Positions 55,867-64,000 of a DNA stretch of 64,000 bases are shown piece by piece. This DNA comes from Oscillospiraceae bacterium (GTDB lineage Bacteria > Bacillota > Clostridia > Oscillospirales > Oscillospiraceae). The position numbers were made by a program, and so were the translations under genes. The notes beneath the pieces are model-generated. The model saw nothing but the letters and a program-made list of their open reading frames with translations. It did no database searches and was not told where the DNA came from. Within the stretch, counting starts at the first letter, position 1. Each line of letters begins with the position of its first letter. The stretch spans positions 36,372 to 100,371 of the forward strand of contig SVLV01000003.1 of assembly GCA_015067765.1 (NCBI GenBank), written 5' to 3'.

Positions 55867-56178
55867 ATGCAGGCAATTATCGTGACCGGTGGCAAGCAGT
55901 ACAGCGTTTCTGAGGGTGACACTCTGTTCATCGAGAAGCTGGACGTCAACGCCGGCGACAGCGTGGTCTTCGAGCAGGTGCTGGCCATCGTGGATGGCGA
56001 GAACACCAAGTTCGGCACTCCCGTGGTGGAGGGCGCCAAGGTGGACGCTACTGTCGTCAAGAACGGTAAGGGTAAGAAGATCCGTATCTTCAAGTATACC
56101 CCCAAGAAGGGTTACCGCAAGAGACAGGGTCATCGTCAGCCCTATACCAAGGTGCAGATCGGCAAGATCTCCTTCTAA
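55867..56178 (+). CDS. rplU: 50S ribosomal protein L21
   Basis: [20 protein letters not shown]. Confidence 0.98.
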   Translation: MQAIIVTGGKQYSVSEGDTLFIEKLDVNAGDSVVFEQVLAIVDGENTKFGTPVVEGAKVDATVVKNGKGKKIRIFKYTPKKGYRKRQGHRQPYTKVQIGKISF

Positions 56179-56184
56179 GGAAGT

Positions 56185-56514
56185 ATGACGACTGTCACAT
56201 TTTTTACTGAAGGCTCCCGCATCATTGGTTTTGATGCAAAAGGCCACAGCGGCTGGGATGAAGAGGGCAGCGACATTGTGTGCGCGGCCATCACCAGCGC
56301 CGTCCGTTTGGTGGAATCCACCATCAATGACGTGATGGGTCTGTGTGCCTCGGCGAAAGTGAATGAGAAGACCGGTTCCATCGCCTTCCGGCTCCCCGGT
56401 GGCTTGTCCCAAGTGAATGAGTCCACCTGTCAGAATCTGCTGACGGGCCTGATGGTGTATATGACCGAACTTAACAACGAGTATCCGAAAAACATCGAAG
56501 TGATGGAGGAATAA
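56185..56514 (+). CDS. prp: Ribosomal-processing cysteine protease
   Basis: GHSG..GSDIVCAAITS; lies between rplU and rpmA. Confidence 0.93.
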   Translation: MTTVTFFTEGSRIIGFDAKGHSGWDEEGSDIVCAAITSAVRLVESTINDVMGLCASAKVNEKTGSIAFRLPGGLSQVNESTCQNLLTGLMVYMTELNNEYPKNIEVMEE

Positions 56515-56562
56515 TTCCTCCTGTTCCCTTGAAATCATCTTACAGAAAGGATGGTACTGAAA

Positions 56563-56844
56563 ATGCTGAACATTGGTCTGCAGTTCTTCGCCCACAAAAA
56601 AGGTATGGGCTCCACCAAGAACGGCCGTGATTCCGAGTCCAAGCGTCTGGGTCCCAAGCGTGCTGACGGTCAGTTCGTTCTGGCCGGCAACATCCTGGTG
56701 CGTCAGCGCGGTACGCACATCCACCCCGGTAAGAACGTGGGCATCGGCACCGATGACACCCTGTTCGCCAAGGCCGACGGCGTGGTGCGTTTTGAGCGTC
56801 TGGGCAAGGATCGTAAGCAGGTTTCTGTTTACCCCGCCGAGTAA
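56563..56844 (+). CDS. rpmA: 50S ribosomal protein L27 with Prp-cleaved N-terminal extension
   Basis: LQFF|[20 protein letters not shown]. Confidence 0.98.
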   Translation: MLNIGLQFFAHKKGMGSTKNGRDSESKRLGPKRADGQFVLAGNILVRQRGTHIHPGKNVGIGTDDTLFAKADGVVRFERLGKDRKQVSVYPAE

Positions 56845-56857
56845 TCAAACTCAAATA

Positions 56858-56896
56858 AGAGAACTCCGACCCGAAAGGGCCGGAGTTCTTTTTTTG
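56858..56896. terminator. Terminator after rpmA
   Basis: AGAACTCCG..CGGAGTTCTTTTTTT. Confidence 0.8.
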
Positions 56897-56915
56897 CTGT
56901 TTTTGGGGAGCGAGA

Positions 56916-57872
56916 TCAGGGCTGGGTGCCCTCCGGAGATTCTGCCAGCAGGTCGGGGCGGCTGCGGCGAAGAATGGCCACGGCTGCCTGCACGGCGGCC
57001 TCGTCCTCCTTGGACTCCAGCACCTTTTCCAGCTCCCGAACCTTCTTTTTCTCTTTCTTTTCCTGCTCCTTCTTGCGGCGAAGGGCAAAGGCAGCGGCAT
57101 ACTGGCGGATATCCTCCATGCTGCCCGGCAGATGCTTGGTGGCCAAAAATTCCTCGTAGGCATCCAGCGCCAGGTCCACCTGATCGGTGAAGAGGATTTG
57201 CCGGCCGTGATCCAGCCAAAGGATCTTGTTGCACATCTCCCGCACCTGTCCCACCGAGTGGGACACCAGAATGCCGGTAATGCCGCGGCTGAGGATCTCC
57301 TTCATCTTGTCCCCGCTCTTTTTGCGGAAGGCGCCGTCACCCACGCTGAGGACCTCGTCCAAAATCAGAATGTCCGGATCCACCAGGCAGGCGATGGAGA
57401 AGGCCAGACGGCTCTTCATGCCGCTGGAGAGCTGCTTGAAAGGGCGGTCCTGAAATTCCTGCAGCTCGGCAAAGGCAATGATGGGATCATACATCTCATC
57501 CATGAATTTGCGGGTATAGCCCAACATGGCGCCCCGGAGATAGGTGTTCTCCCGGACGGTCAAATCTCCGTCGAAACCACTGGACAGCTCCAGCAGGGCA
57601 GCAATGCTGCCTTGGACCTCCATAGTGCCCTCGGTGGGGACCATGATGCCGGAGATGGCTTTCAGCAGGGTGGACTTACCGGCGCCGTTGGTGCCGATGA
57701 TACCCAGCATATCTCCCTTCTCCAGCGTGAAGGAGACATGGCGGTCCGCCCAAAACTCGGTGACTTTATAGTTGCCCTTGAGGCGGCGCAGCACATACTC
57801 CTTCAGACCGATGCTCTTGAAATCTCCCGTCAGGTAGCGGATGGAAACATCTTCTGCTCGAATGATTGACAT
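56916..57872 (-). CDS. Glycopolymer ABC exporter ATPase (TagH/Wzt-like)
   Basis: GTNGAGKST, LSSGMKSRLAF, LDEVLSVGD, VSHS. Confidence 0.93.
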   Translation of the reverse strand: MSIIRAEDVSIRYLTGDFKSIGLKEYVLRRLKGNYKVTEFWADRHVSFTLEKGDMLGIIGTNGAGKSTLLKAISGIMVPTEGTMEVQGSIAALLELSSGFDGDLTVRENTYLRGAMLGYTRKFMDEMYDPIIAFAELQEFQDRPFKQLSSGMKSRLAFSIACLVDPDILILDEVLSVGDGAFRKKSGDKMKEILSRGITGILVSHSVGQVREMCNKILWLDHGRQILFTDQVDLALDAYEEFLATKHLPGSMEDIRQYAAAFALRRKKEQEKKEKKKVRELEKVLESKEDEAAVQAAVAILRRSRPDLLAESPEGTQP

Positions 57873-57884
57873 ATGCTTCCCTCC

Positions 57885-58652
57885 TTACACGTAGTACAGG
57901 AACTTGTGGTTGTTCCTGCGGTAGACCCAGATGCCTGCCAGCAATGCCAGAGCGGCATACAGCAGGCACAGCCCGTGGTACGGGAGGGAAGGGATGATGC
58001 CGTCAATGGTCACCAAACGGAAATAGCGGATATAGCAGTAGACCGGATTCAGCAGGAACAGCCGCTGAATGAGTGCGGGGAAGCGGTTGACATTGTAGAA
58101 GATGGCGGACAGATAGGTCAGCAGCACCAGAAAGACATCGTACAGATACTGGGTATCCCGGAAGAACACATACAGGGCGGACAGGATCATGCCCACGCCG
58201 ATGTTAAACAGCAGCAGGCAGAAGATGGGGTACAACAGCATCAGCAGGTGGGGGCCGATGGGGAGACCGTCCCAAACGACGAAGAGGAAGTAGATCCCCA
58301 AAATCAGCCCGAAGTTCACCAGCGTGGACACGTTCTTGGACAGCAGGAACAGGTACTTGGGCACATTGACCTTGGTGAAGATCCTGGCGTTGGCCATGAG
58401 GGCATTCATGCCGCCCTTGGTGGACTCCTTAAAAAAGGACATGACAATGTTGCCGGCAAAGAGATAGATGATAAAATGGGGGGTATCTCTGCCCAGCAGA
58501 TTGGTGAACACCAGCGCCATCACCAGCAGGGTCAGCAGGGGGGAGAGAATGCTCCAGCCCATGCCCAGCACGGTGCGCTTGTATTTTTGTTTGAAATCGC
58601 GTTTCACCAGTTCCTCAAAGAGGAACTGGTGCTTTTTTAATGTTTGCAGCAT
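57885..58652 (-). CDS. Glycopolymer ABC exporter permease (TagG/Wzm-like)
   Basis: LVKRDFKQKYKRTVLGMGWSILSP, FFRD, LNP. Confidence 0.93.
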   Translation of the reverse strand: MLQTLKKHQFLFEELVKRDFKQKYKRTVLGMGWSILSPLLTLLVMALVFTNLLGRDTPHFIIYLFAGNIVMSFFKESTKGGMNALMANARIFTKVNVPKYLFLLSKNVSTLVNFGLILGIYFLFVVWDGLPIGPHLLMLLYPIFCLLLFNIGVGMILSALYVFFRDTQYLYDVFLVLLTYLSAIFYNVNRFPALIQRLFLLNPVYCYIRYFRLVTIDGIIPSLPYHGLCLLYAALALLAGIWVYRRNNHKFLYYV

Positions 58653-58656
58653 ACAG

Positions 58657-59244
58657 TTACTTCTTCTTTTTTCGTTTCAGTATGGCGGCCGCCTTGCGCA
58701 GAGGAGCGGTCAGGCGCCAGGAGGTGGAATGACGGATGGCGTTATACTTCTGTTCCATACGGCGGATCTGCTCCTGATAGGGGGCGGGGTCAGCATCTTT
58801 CAATGCCTGTTCCAGCCGGGCGATTTTTTCCTGATAAGGAGTGGGATCGGCATCTTTCAATGCCTGTTCCAGCCGGGCAATTTTTTCCTGATAAGGAGTG
58901 GGATCAGCATCTTTCAATGCCTGTTCCAGCCGGGCGATTTTTTCCTGATAAGGAGCGGGATCGGCATCCTTCAGTTTCCGTTTGAGCTTTCGGACCTGCT
59001 CGATGCGCGCAAAATCGAAGAGGGCGAAATAGTCCTCCTCTGTGAAGGAGATGGGGCCCTCTCCACCCATCTGCAGCCAGGTTTTATAGTATTGGGCCCA
59101 ATCGGTAACGGTGGTATGGGTCTGGATGATCAGGGGTGCATTGCGCATGGTCTCCAGACCATGGCAGAGTACCACAATGAACATAAGAAACAGGCGCAGA
59201 TTGTCAAAATAAGCGTCGCGTGATGCCGTGCCCTGATGAGACAT
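58657..59244 (-). CDS. Chimeric hypothetical protein: acyltransferase-3-like N-terminal fragment + 19-aa repeat helical region + SWRLTAPLR tail (possibly a deletion-derived remnant)
   Basis: RBS AAGGAGG; RDAYFDNLRLFLMFIVVLCH; (LKDADP[AT]PYQEKIARLEQA)x3.6; HSTSWRLTAPLRK. Confidence 0.65.
   Translation of the reverse strand: MSHQGTASRDAYFDNLRLFLMFIVVLCHGLETMRNAPLIIQTHTTVTDWAQYYKTWLQMGGEGPISFTEEDYFALFDFARIEQVRKLKRKLKDADPAPYQEKIARLEQALKDADPTPYQEKIARLEQALKDADPTPYQEKIARLEQALKDADPAPYQEQIRRMEQKYNAIRHSTSWRLTAPLRKAAAILKRKKKK
58772..58974. repeat. 57-bp coding tandem repeat, ~3.6 copies
   Basis: GCATCTTTCAATGCCTGTTCCAGCCGGGC recurs at 58793, 58850 and 58907, with a partial copy at 58964. Confidence 0.95.
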
Positions 59245-59263
59245 AGTTGGAAACCTCCTTCGC

Positions 59264-60310
59264 TTACAGCAATTCCTTGAGCACCTGTACCGTATGGGCG
59301 AGGCCGGTTTCGTGATCGAAAATACCTCGCCAGCCCAGTGCCAGCAGCTTTTCACTGTCCAGACTGGAGTTGTCCATGGGGTTGAAGGCGGCCTTCTCCG
59401 CAGCGGTGGGAGCATCTACCCGCAGCACCACTCCGGCAGATCGGGCGATGATCTCCGCCATCTGGCGGATGGTGATAATGGAATCCGGATTGGAGATGTT
59501 GTAGGCCTGCTTGCTTGCGCCCTGCAGCAGCACCGTCAGGGTGGCGGTGGCGCAGTCCAGACAGTGGCAGTAGGAGCGCAGCTGGGTGCCGGCACTCTTC
59601 ATCACCAGTTCCCGGCCCTCCGCTGCATCAAAGGCAAAGGCGGAGGAGATCCGCTTATCGCTGCGCTGGGCGGTGGGCCCGTAGATGTGGCCGGGCCGGA
59701 CGATGGACACATCCATGCCATACTGGTTGGCGTAGCTGACGCACAGGGTTTCGGCGGCACGCTTGCCCATAGGATAGGAAGCCCGGTCACCAAGGATATT
59801 CACCGTGCCATACTCATCCTCCCGGAAAGGTTTGCCGTGCCCTAAAACGCCATAGACCTCGCTGGAGGAGATGTATACCGTCTTTTGGGCACCGCAGCGC
59901 CGGGCGTACTCCAGCAACTCCCGCATGCCCAGAATGTTGGCCAGCATGGTATCCACCGGCTCGCTGACATACTTGTCAGGGCTGGCATTGCTGGCGCCGT
60001 GGATCACATAGTCTGTCGCAAAATCAAAAGCCAGCGGCTGGGTGGCATCGTACACCACGGGCACGAGGCCATGGCCAAGCCCGTGAGAAAAGCGATCTTC
60101 CAGCTTTTCCCGGCTGCGGCCGGCGGCATAGACGGTGATGTTCGCCTCCTGCATCAGGTTGGCCTGCAGCAGCAAATCCACCAGCGCCGAGCCAATGAGG
60201 CCCGAAGCGCCGGTGATAAGAATGCGTTTGCTTTGCAGCGCCTGCAGGTCCAAAACGGACAGGGCGCGGGTAAGATCGTCGCGGTAAGCGGCGCTGAGAT
60301 ACATATTCAT
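59264..60310 (-). CDS. NAD-dependent epimerase/reductase (probable CDP-pentulose reductase)
   Basis: TGASGLIG, HGASNASP, SSSEVYG, YPMGK, RSYCH. Confidence 0.85.
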   Translation of the reverse strand: MNMYLSAAYRDDLTRALSVLDLQALQSKRILITGASGLIGSALVDLLLQANLMQEANITVYAAGRSREKLEDRFSHGLGHGLVPVVYDATQPLAFDFATDYVIHGASNASPDKYVSEPVDTMLANILGMRELLEYARRCGAQKTVYISSSEVYGVLGHGKPFREDEYGTVNILGDRASYPMGKRAAETLCVSYANQYGMDVSIVRPGHIYGPTAQRSDKRISSAFAFDAAEGRELVMKSAGTQLRSYCHCLDCATATLTVLLQGASKQAYNISNPDSIITIRQMAEIIARSAGVVLRVDAPTAAEKAAFNPMDNSSLDSEKLLALGWRGIFDHETGLAHTVQVLKELL

Positions 60311-60320
60311 AGCAACTCCG

Positions 60321-61031
60321 TTACTTCAGCCAGTTTTTCTTCTCGGCATCCAAAAATGCGTTGAAGATCTCCAGATCGTCCAGGGTGGTCAGCTTGAAAT
60401 TCTTTTCACTGCCGCGGGAGAAATAGACCGTCTCCCCCAGCTCGTGCATGAGGGTACAGCTGGCGGCCTGATTGGTAATGCCGCGCAGTTTGGCCTGTTC
60501 ATGGGCCCACAGCAGCTTTTTCAGGGTGTAGGTGTGGGGCGTCTGGGTGCGCAGCAGAGCTTCCCGGGGGATGGAAACCGTGGAGGTTTTGCCGTCTTCA
60601 CTGCGGAAGATGGCCTCCGTGCAGGGAATCACCGCCACGGCGGAGCCGTACTGACGGAAAACAGCCAAAGAGTCGGAGATGATGTTATTGTCCACCATAG
60701 GGCGGTTGCCATCATGGATCATGACGGTGGTGTCCTCGGGGCAGTCCTTGGCAATGGCCTCCAGACCGTTGCGGATGGATTCCTGACCGGTCTCACCGCC
60801 GGCCACGATCCACTTCAGCTTGGAGATGCCAAACTGAGCGGCATAGGCCTCCACGAAACCGAACCAGTTGGGCAGAGTCACCAGCACGATGGCATCGATC
60901 TGAGGATTGTTCTGGAACCGCTCCAGCGTGTAGATGATCACCGGCTTGTCCTTTACATGCAGAAACTGCTTGGGGATATCCTGCCCCATCCGGCTGCCGG
61001 TGCCGGAGGCGGTAAGCAATGCTACGGTCAT
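60321..61031 (-). CDS. IspD/TarI-family cytidylyltransferase
   Basis: ASGTGSRMGQDIPKQFL, GGETGQESI, IHDGNRP, QTP, NFKLTT. Confidence 0.92.
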   Translation of the reverse strand: MTVALLTASGTGSRMGQDIPKQFLHVKDKPVIIYTLERFQNNPQIDAIVLVTLPNWFGFVEAYAAQFGISKLKWIVAGGETGQESIRNGLEAIAKDCPEDTTVMIHDGNRPMVDNNIISDSLAVFRQYGSAVAVIPCTEAIFRSEDGKTSTVSIPREALLRTQTPHTYTLKKLLWAHEQAKLRGITNQAASCTLMHELGETVYFSRGSEKNFKLTTLDDLEIFNAFLDAEKKNWLK

Positions 61032-62299
61032 AGGGTTTCTCCTTTCATCATGCGCTGGATGGCATCCACGATCCGCTCAGCGGAGTGTCCGTCATCCATG
61101 CAGCCTTTATCCGCCAAAAAGCGGTCACAAGCTTCGGGGAAGCTCTCACTGTCAAACTGCAGAATATTTTCGATCAGCTGGTCGTTGTCCAACGCCAGAG
61201 GGAAGGGCATGGTATCCAGCGGATAGAAGAAGTCGCGGTTTTTCTGCTCATACTCCGCCATATCGGTGGCGAAGAGGAAGCCGGGCCGGCGGGTCAGCAT
61301 ATAGTCGCAGATCCAACTGGAGTAGTCGGTGATGCCCACATCCACACAGGTGAGCAGTTCCTGAATGTCAGAGTAATTACTGGCGTTGAGGACGCCCTCA
61401 CCGTACTGGTAGTTCTTCAGCTTTTTCAGCAGGCGGAAGTGGTAGCGGGTCAGGATGGCCCACTGGCCGCCGAAACGGGTCTGCAGCGCATGGCGCAGAT
61501 TCTGATAGTCGATCTCATAGGGGCGCATATCGCCATCGTCCCGGAAGGTGGGAGCGTAGAGGCAGATGCGGGTATCCTCCGGCAGCTCAAAATAGTCATA
61601 AACCTTCTTGCGGATGGCCTGCAGGCGCTCTGTATCCCGCTCGCAGAGAATGTCGTTACGGGCGTGGCCCAGCTGCAGAATGCGGGACTTGGACCAGAAG
61701 GTATCGTTATAGATATCGTCCTCAAAGCTGCTGTTGGAGAGACAGTAATCGGTCATCCGCCCCTCCTGCTCGGCACGGCGGCACCAGTTCTTGTCCTTGT
61801 TGGTGTCCTTGCCAAAGCGCTTGATGCCGATGGAGCCGTGCCAGGTCTCAATCAGAATCTGGTCCGGTTTCTTTTTATACAGCAGAACAGAGGTGCTGAC
61901 ACCGTTATCCACAATGATCTTGGCGCTGGCAAGATGCTTATAGAAATCATAGGAGCTGCGGTAGGTTTTGATAAACTCCTTGGGAATGTCTTCTACAGGA
62001 ACCTTCTTGCGGATGGTCCACACCACCGTATAGGGCAGACCCCGTTTTTTGATTTCCTCGGCGATCCACTTGGCGTTGCAGTCGTATTCACCGCGGAAGG
62101 TAATGAAGATGATCTTGTTCTCCTCCACCGGGGTACGCTTGGACAGCATCCGGATGGCGGGGATGGACAGAAGTTTATCCACCTTTGTCCTCAACTTGGT
62201 CAACTTCTTTCTCGTCTTGGTGGGGAGACTCAGAATCCACTTACAGATGGATTTGATCAGGTGGCCTTCCACAAGTGCCTTGATGATTTTGTGCAGCAT
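61028..62299 (-). CDS. CDP-polyol phosphotransferase (TagF/TarF family)
   Basis: ETWHGS, GHARND, LYAPTFRD, ITDYSSW; alternative start at 62317. Confidence 0.92.
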   Translation of the reverse strand: MLHKIIKALVEGHLIKSICKWILSLPTKTRKKLTKLRTKVDKLLSIPAIRMLSKRTPVEENKIIFITFRGEYDCNAKWIAEEIKKRGLPYTVVWTIRKKVPVEDIPKEFIKTYRSSYDFYKHLASAKIIVDNGVSTSVLLYKKKPDQILIETWHGSIGIKRFGKDTNKDKNWCRRAEQEGRMTDYCLSNSSFEDDIYNDTFWSKSRILQLGHARNDILCERDTERLQAIRKKVYDYFELPEDTRICLYAPTFRDDGDMRPYEIDYQNLRHALQTRFGGQWAILTRYHFRLLKKLKNYQYGEGVLNASNYSDIQELLTCVDVGITDYSSWICDYMLTRRPGFLFATDMAEYEQKNRDFFYPLDTMPFPLALDNDQLIENILQFDSESFPEACDRFLADKGCMDDGHSAERIVDAIQRMMKGETL

Positions 62300-62316
62300 G
62301 TGCGCGCCTTCTTTCA

Positions 62317-63216
62317 TTATGTATTCAGGTCAAACCGAAGAAACGCGTGCTTTTCGCGATCCGATTCGGTGGGGGGAGTCATATAATCCGCTCCATAACG
62401 GATGCGCAGATAATAGTGGGGGTCTTCCGGCAGAGGATACTGATGGCCGGAGAATGGGGCGATGCTGCCCCTGCACATTTTCTCCCGAAGAAACACCTCT
62501 CCGAAAAAGTGATTGTTGCCGCTGGGGATCCCGATTTCCCGGGAAGATGTATCCCGGCAGAGTGCAAAGGTTCGATCGGTGATAAGCAGCCACTTTTCCA
62601 GAGAGAAGAAACGAAAGAGTACAGCGAAAATGGCCCGCAACTTCACGGCAGAGCAAAGCTTTTGGCTATTGCTGCCATACCGGAGAAGGTTTTCTTTGCA
62701 GCGGTCCATCCGCATCACAGAAGTGATGGCCAGCAGCAATGTACACAAAAGCCCGTGGCCGGTGCGGAACAGGCGGGAATTGCTGATATTCTCCATAATG
62801 AAAATATCGATGGAGACACATTCCTGTGTGTCGGGAGCGGATTGGATGTTCTGTGCGGTGGTGTGCTTACGGTAAATCTTGGGGAACTGATACAGGTAGC
62901 CCGGATCACCCGGAAGTTTCAGCTCATAGCGATCAGAAAAGCGGCCTGGAAAGACTGCCTTGAACCGCTCAAAATCTGCCCGGAACATGGAGAGGTCCAT
63001 GTCATCATCCCAGGGGACGAATCCCCCGTGACGGACGGCACCCAGTGCACTGCCACCGGTGAGAGTCCAAGGGATGTCCTGCTCCTGACAGAGCGCAGCG
63101 ATATCGTCCATCATATTCAAAAGAAGATCATGAAGCTGCTGCAGTTCCTCATCGGTCACAATATGCAGATCCGGCGACAGGAGCTCCGCCGATTTGGTCA
63201 GTGCTGCAATGCCCAT
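62317..63216 (-). CDS. LicD-family phosphotransferase
   Basis: GGSALGAVRHGGFVPWDDDMD, IDIF, YGADYMTPP. Confidence 0.93.
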   Translation of the reverse strand: MGIAALTKSAELLSPDLHIVTDEELQQLHDLLLNMMDDIAALCQEQDIPWTLTGGSALGAVRHGGFVPWDDDMDLSMFRADFERFKAVFPGRFSDRYELKLPGDPGYLYQFPKIYRKHTTAQNIQSAPDTQECVSIDIFIMENISNSRLFRTGHGLLCTLLLAITSVMRMDRCKENLLRYGSNSQKLCSAVKLRAIFAVLFRFFSLEKWLLITDRTFALCRDTSSREIGIPSGNNHFFGEVFLREKMCRGSIAPFSGHQYPLPEDPHYYLRIRYGADYMTPPTESDREKHAFLRFDLNT

Positions 63217-63233
63217 AGGGCCTCCTTGTGTTG

Positions 63234-63734
63234 TTACGCCTCCAGAAGGTCTGCCACGATCCGGCAGAAGTGATCATTGAAGGCGGCGTTGTTGCTGGCG
63301 GTGCCCACGGAGCAGGCGGCGGCCAGTTCATCATACCGGGTGAGCACATCGCGCAGTTGGGCGACATCCTCTACCAGCAGGATGTTGCGGCTTCGCTGAG
63401 AGACCTCCCGGCAGAACTCCAGCTGGTGGTCGTTGACATGTTCGCCGTACCGCAGCTGGCGGGGCACCACCACCGGCACCTTGCCGCTGCGCAGGGGAGC
63501 CAGAAAGCTGGAGGGGCCGCCGTGGGTGATGACGATACGGGCCTCATCCATATAACGGACCATGTCCTGATAGGGGAACAGCTTCTGCCAGGTGCAGTGC
63601 TGAGGGACATAGGTGCTGTATCCGATCTGGATAATAACCTCTTCCGTTATGGTCCCGTCTGCCTTCAGGGCATCCACGGCCCGGACCAGACGGTCAAAGG
63701 ACTGCTCGTGGGTTCCCACTGTCACATAAATCAT
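63234..63734 (-). CDS. Alg13/PssE/Cps14G-like glycosyltransferase catalytic subunit
   Basis: MIYVTVGTHEQSFDRL, ITHGGP, GEHVNDHQ. Confidence 0.92.
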   Translation of the reverse strand: MIYVTVGTHEQSFDRLVRAVDALKADGTITEEVIIQIGYSTYVPQHCTWQKLFPYQDMVRYMDEARIVITHGGPSSFLAPLRSGKVPVVVPRQLRYGEHVNDHQLEFCREVSQRSRNILLVEDVAQLRDVLTRYDELAAACSVGTASNNAAFNDHFCRIVADLLEA

Positions 63735-63748
63735 AGGGGTTACCTCTG

Positions 63749-64000
63749 TTAAAAAATGCTTCCCAGGTTGATTGCCTTGGGGTAGACCTTCTTCATCTCT
63801 TCCCACTGGACGATGAAACGGTCCGCTACCGGGTAGACCAGGCGGCCGGAGAGGGTGGGCTTGTCGATGCGGTCGAAGATCTCGATGTACACGGTCTTGA
63901 TGCCGAAAAGCTTGCCGATATAGAAGAAGGGGACGGATACAGCGGCGCCGGAGGAGATGATCACATCGGGCCGTTCCTTCCGCAGGACCTTCCAGGCCAG
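63749..64000 (-). CDS. Alg14/PssD/Cps14F-like glycosyltransferase partner (5' end outside window)
   Basis: ERPDVIISSGAAVSVPF, VYIEIFDR, FIVQWEEM. Confidence 0.92.
   Translation of the reverse strand: MAWKVLRKERPDVIISSGAAVSVPFFYIGKLFGIKTVYIEIFDRIDKPTLSGRLVYPVADRFIVQWEEMKKVYPKAINLGSIF

Noticed and set aside
58772-58974. Possible CRISPR array
   Set aside because: Repeats are contiguous 57-mers with no unique spacers, are in frame within a CDS, and have no cas genes nearby
59245-59415. N-terminal extension of the repeat-containing ORF
   Set aside because: Overlaps the epimerase gene; the RBS supports a start at 59244
1-64000. tRNA, rRNA, prophage, IS/integrase or defence-system genes
   Set aside because: No such motifs were seen; intergenic spaces are short and explained by promoters, leaders and terminators

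Overview
Chromosomal window from a high-GC, spore-forming Firmicute. Gene content and style suggest a gut Oscillospiraceae/Ruminococcaceae-like clostridium (inference). In order, it contains: (1) the 3' end of coaD and a dcw cluster (mraZ-rsmH-ftsL-spoVD/ftsI-murE-mraY-ftsW-murG-murA-ftsQ-ftsZ), followed by spoIVB; (2) small accessory genes (YgjV-like, XRE regulator plus membrane protein, bile salt hydrolase-like, HAD, radical SAM, DUF5662-like); (3) a ~17 kb Wzx/Wzy polysaccharide locus with rhamnose, 3-amino-3,6-dideoxyhexose, LicD, TagF-like and acyltransferase genes; (4) directly after it, a kinase-less module of an APC permease, an ABC importer and two paralogous winged-HTH/LicC-like cytidylyltransferase fusions, which is the best candidate for an undescribed system; (5) a SASP, a divergent fused serine dehydratase-like enzyme, a hydrolase, an SSB with a sigma-E-like promoter, a radical SAM, a NUDIX hydrolase, Trp T-box-controlled trpB2, tmcAL, mtnN-luxS and rplU-prp-rpmA; (6) the distal end of a second, minus-strand, ABC-exported teichoic-acid-like glycopolymer locus that includes a chimeric gene with a 57-bp tandem repeat. 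I saw no rRNA, tRNA, CRISPR array, transposase or integrase. All calls come from motif recognition by eye, with no database searches.
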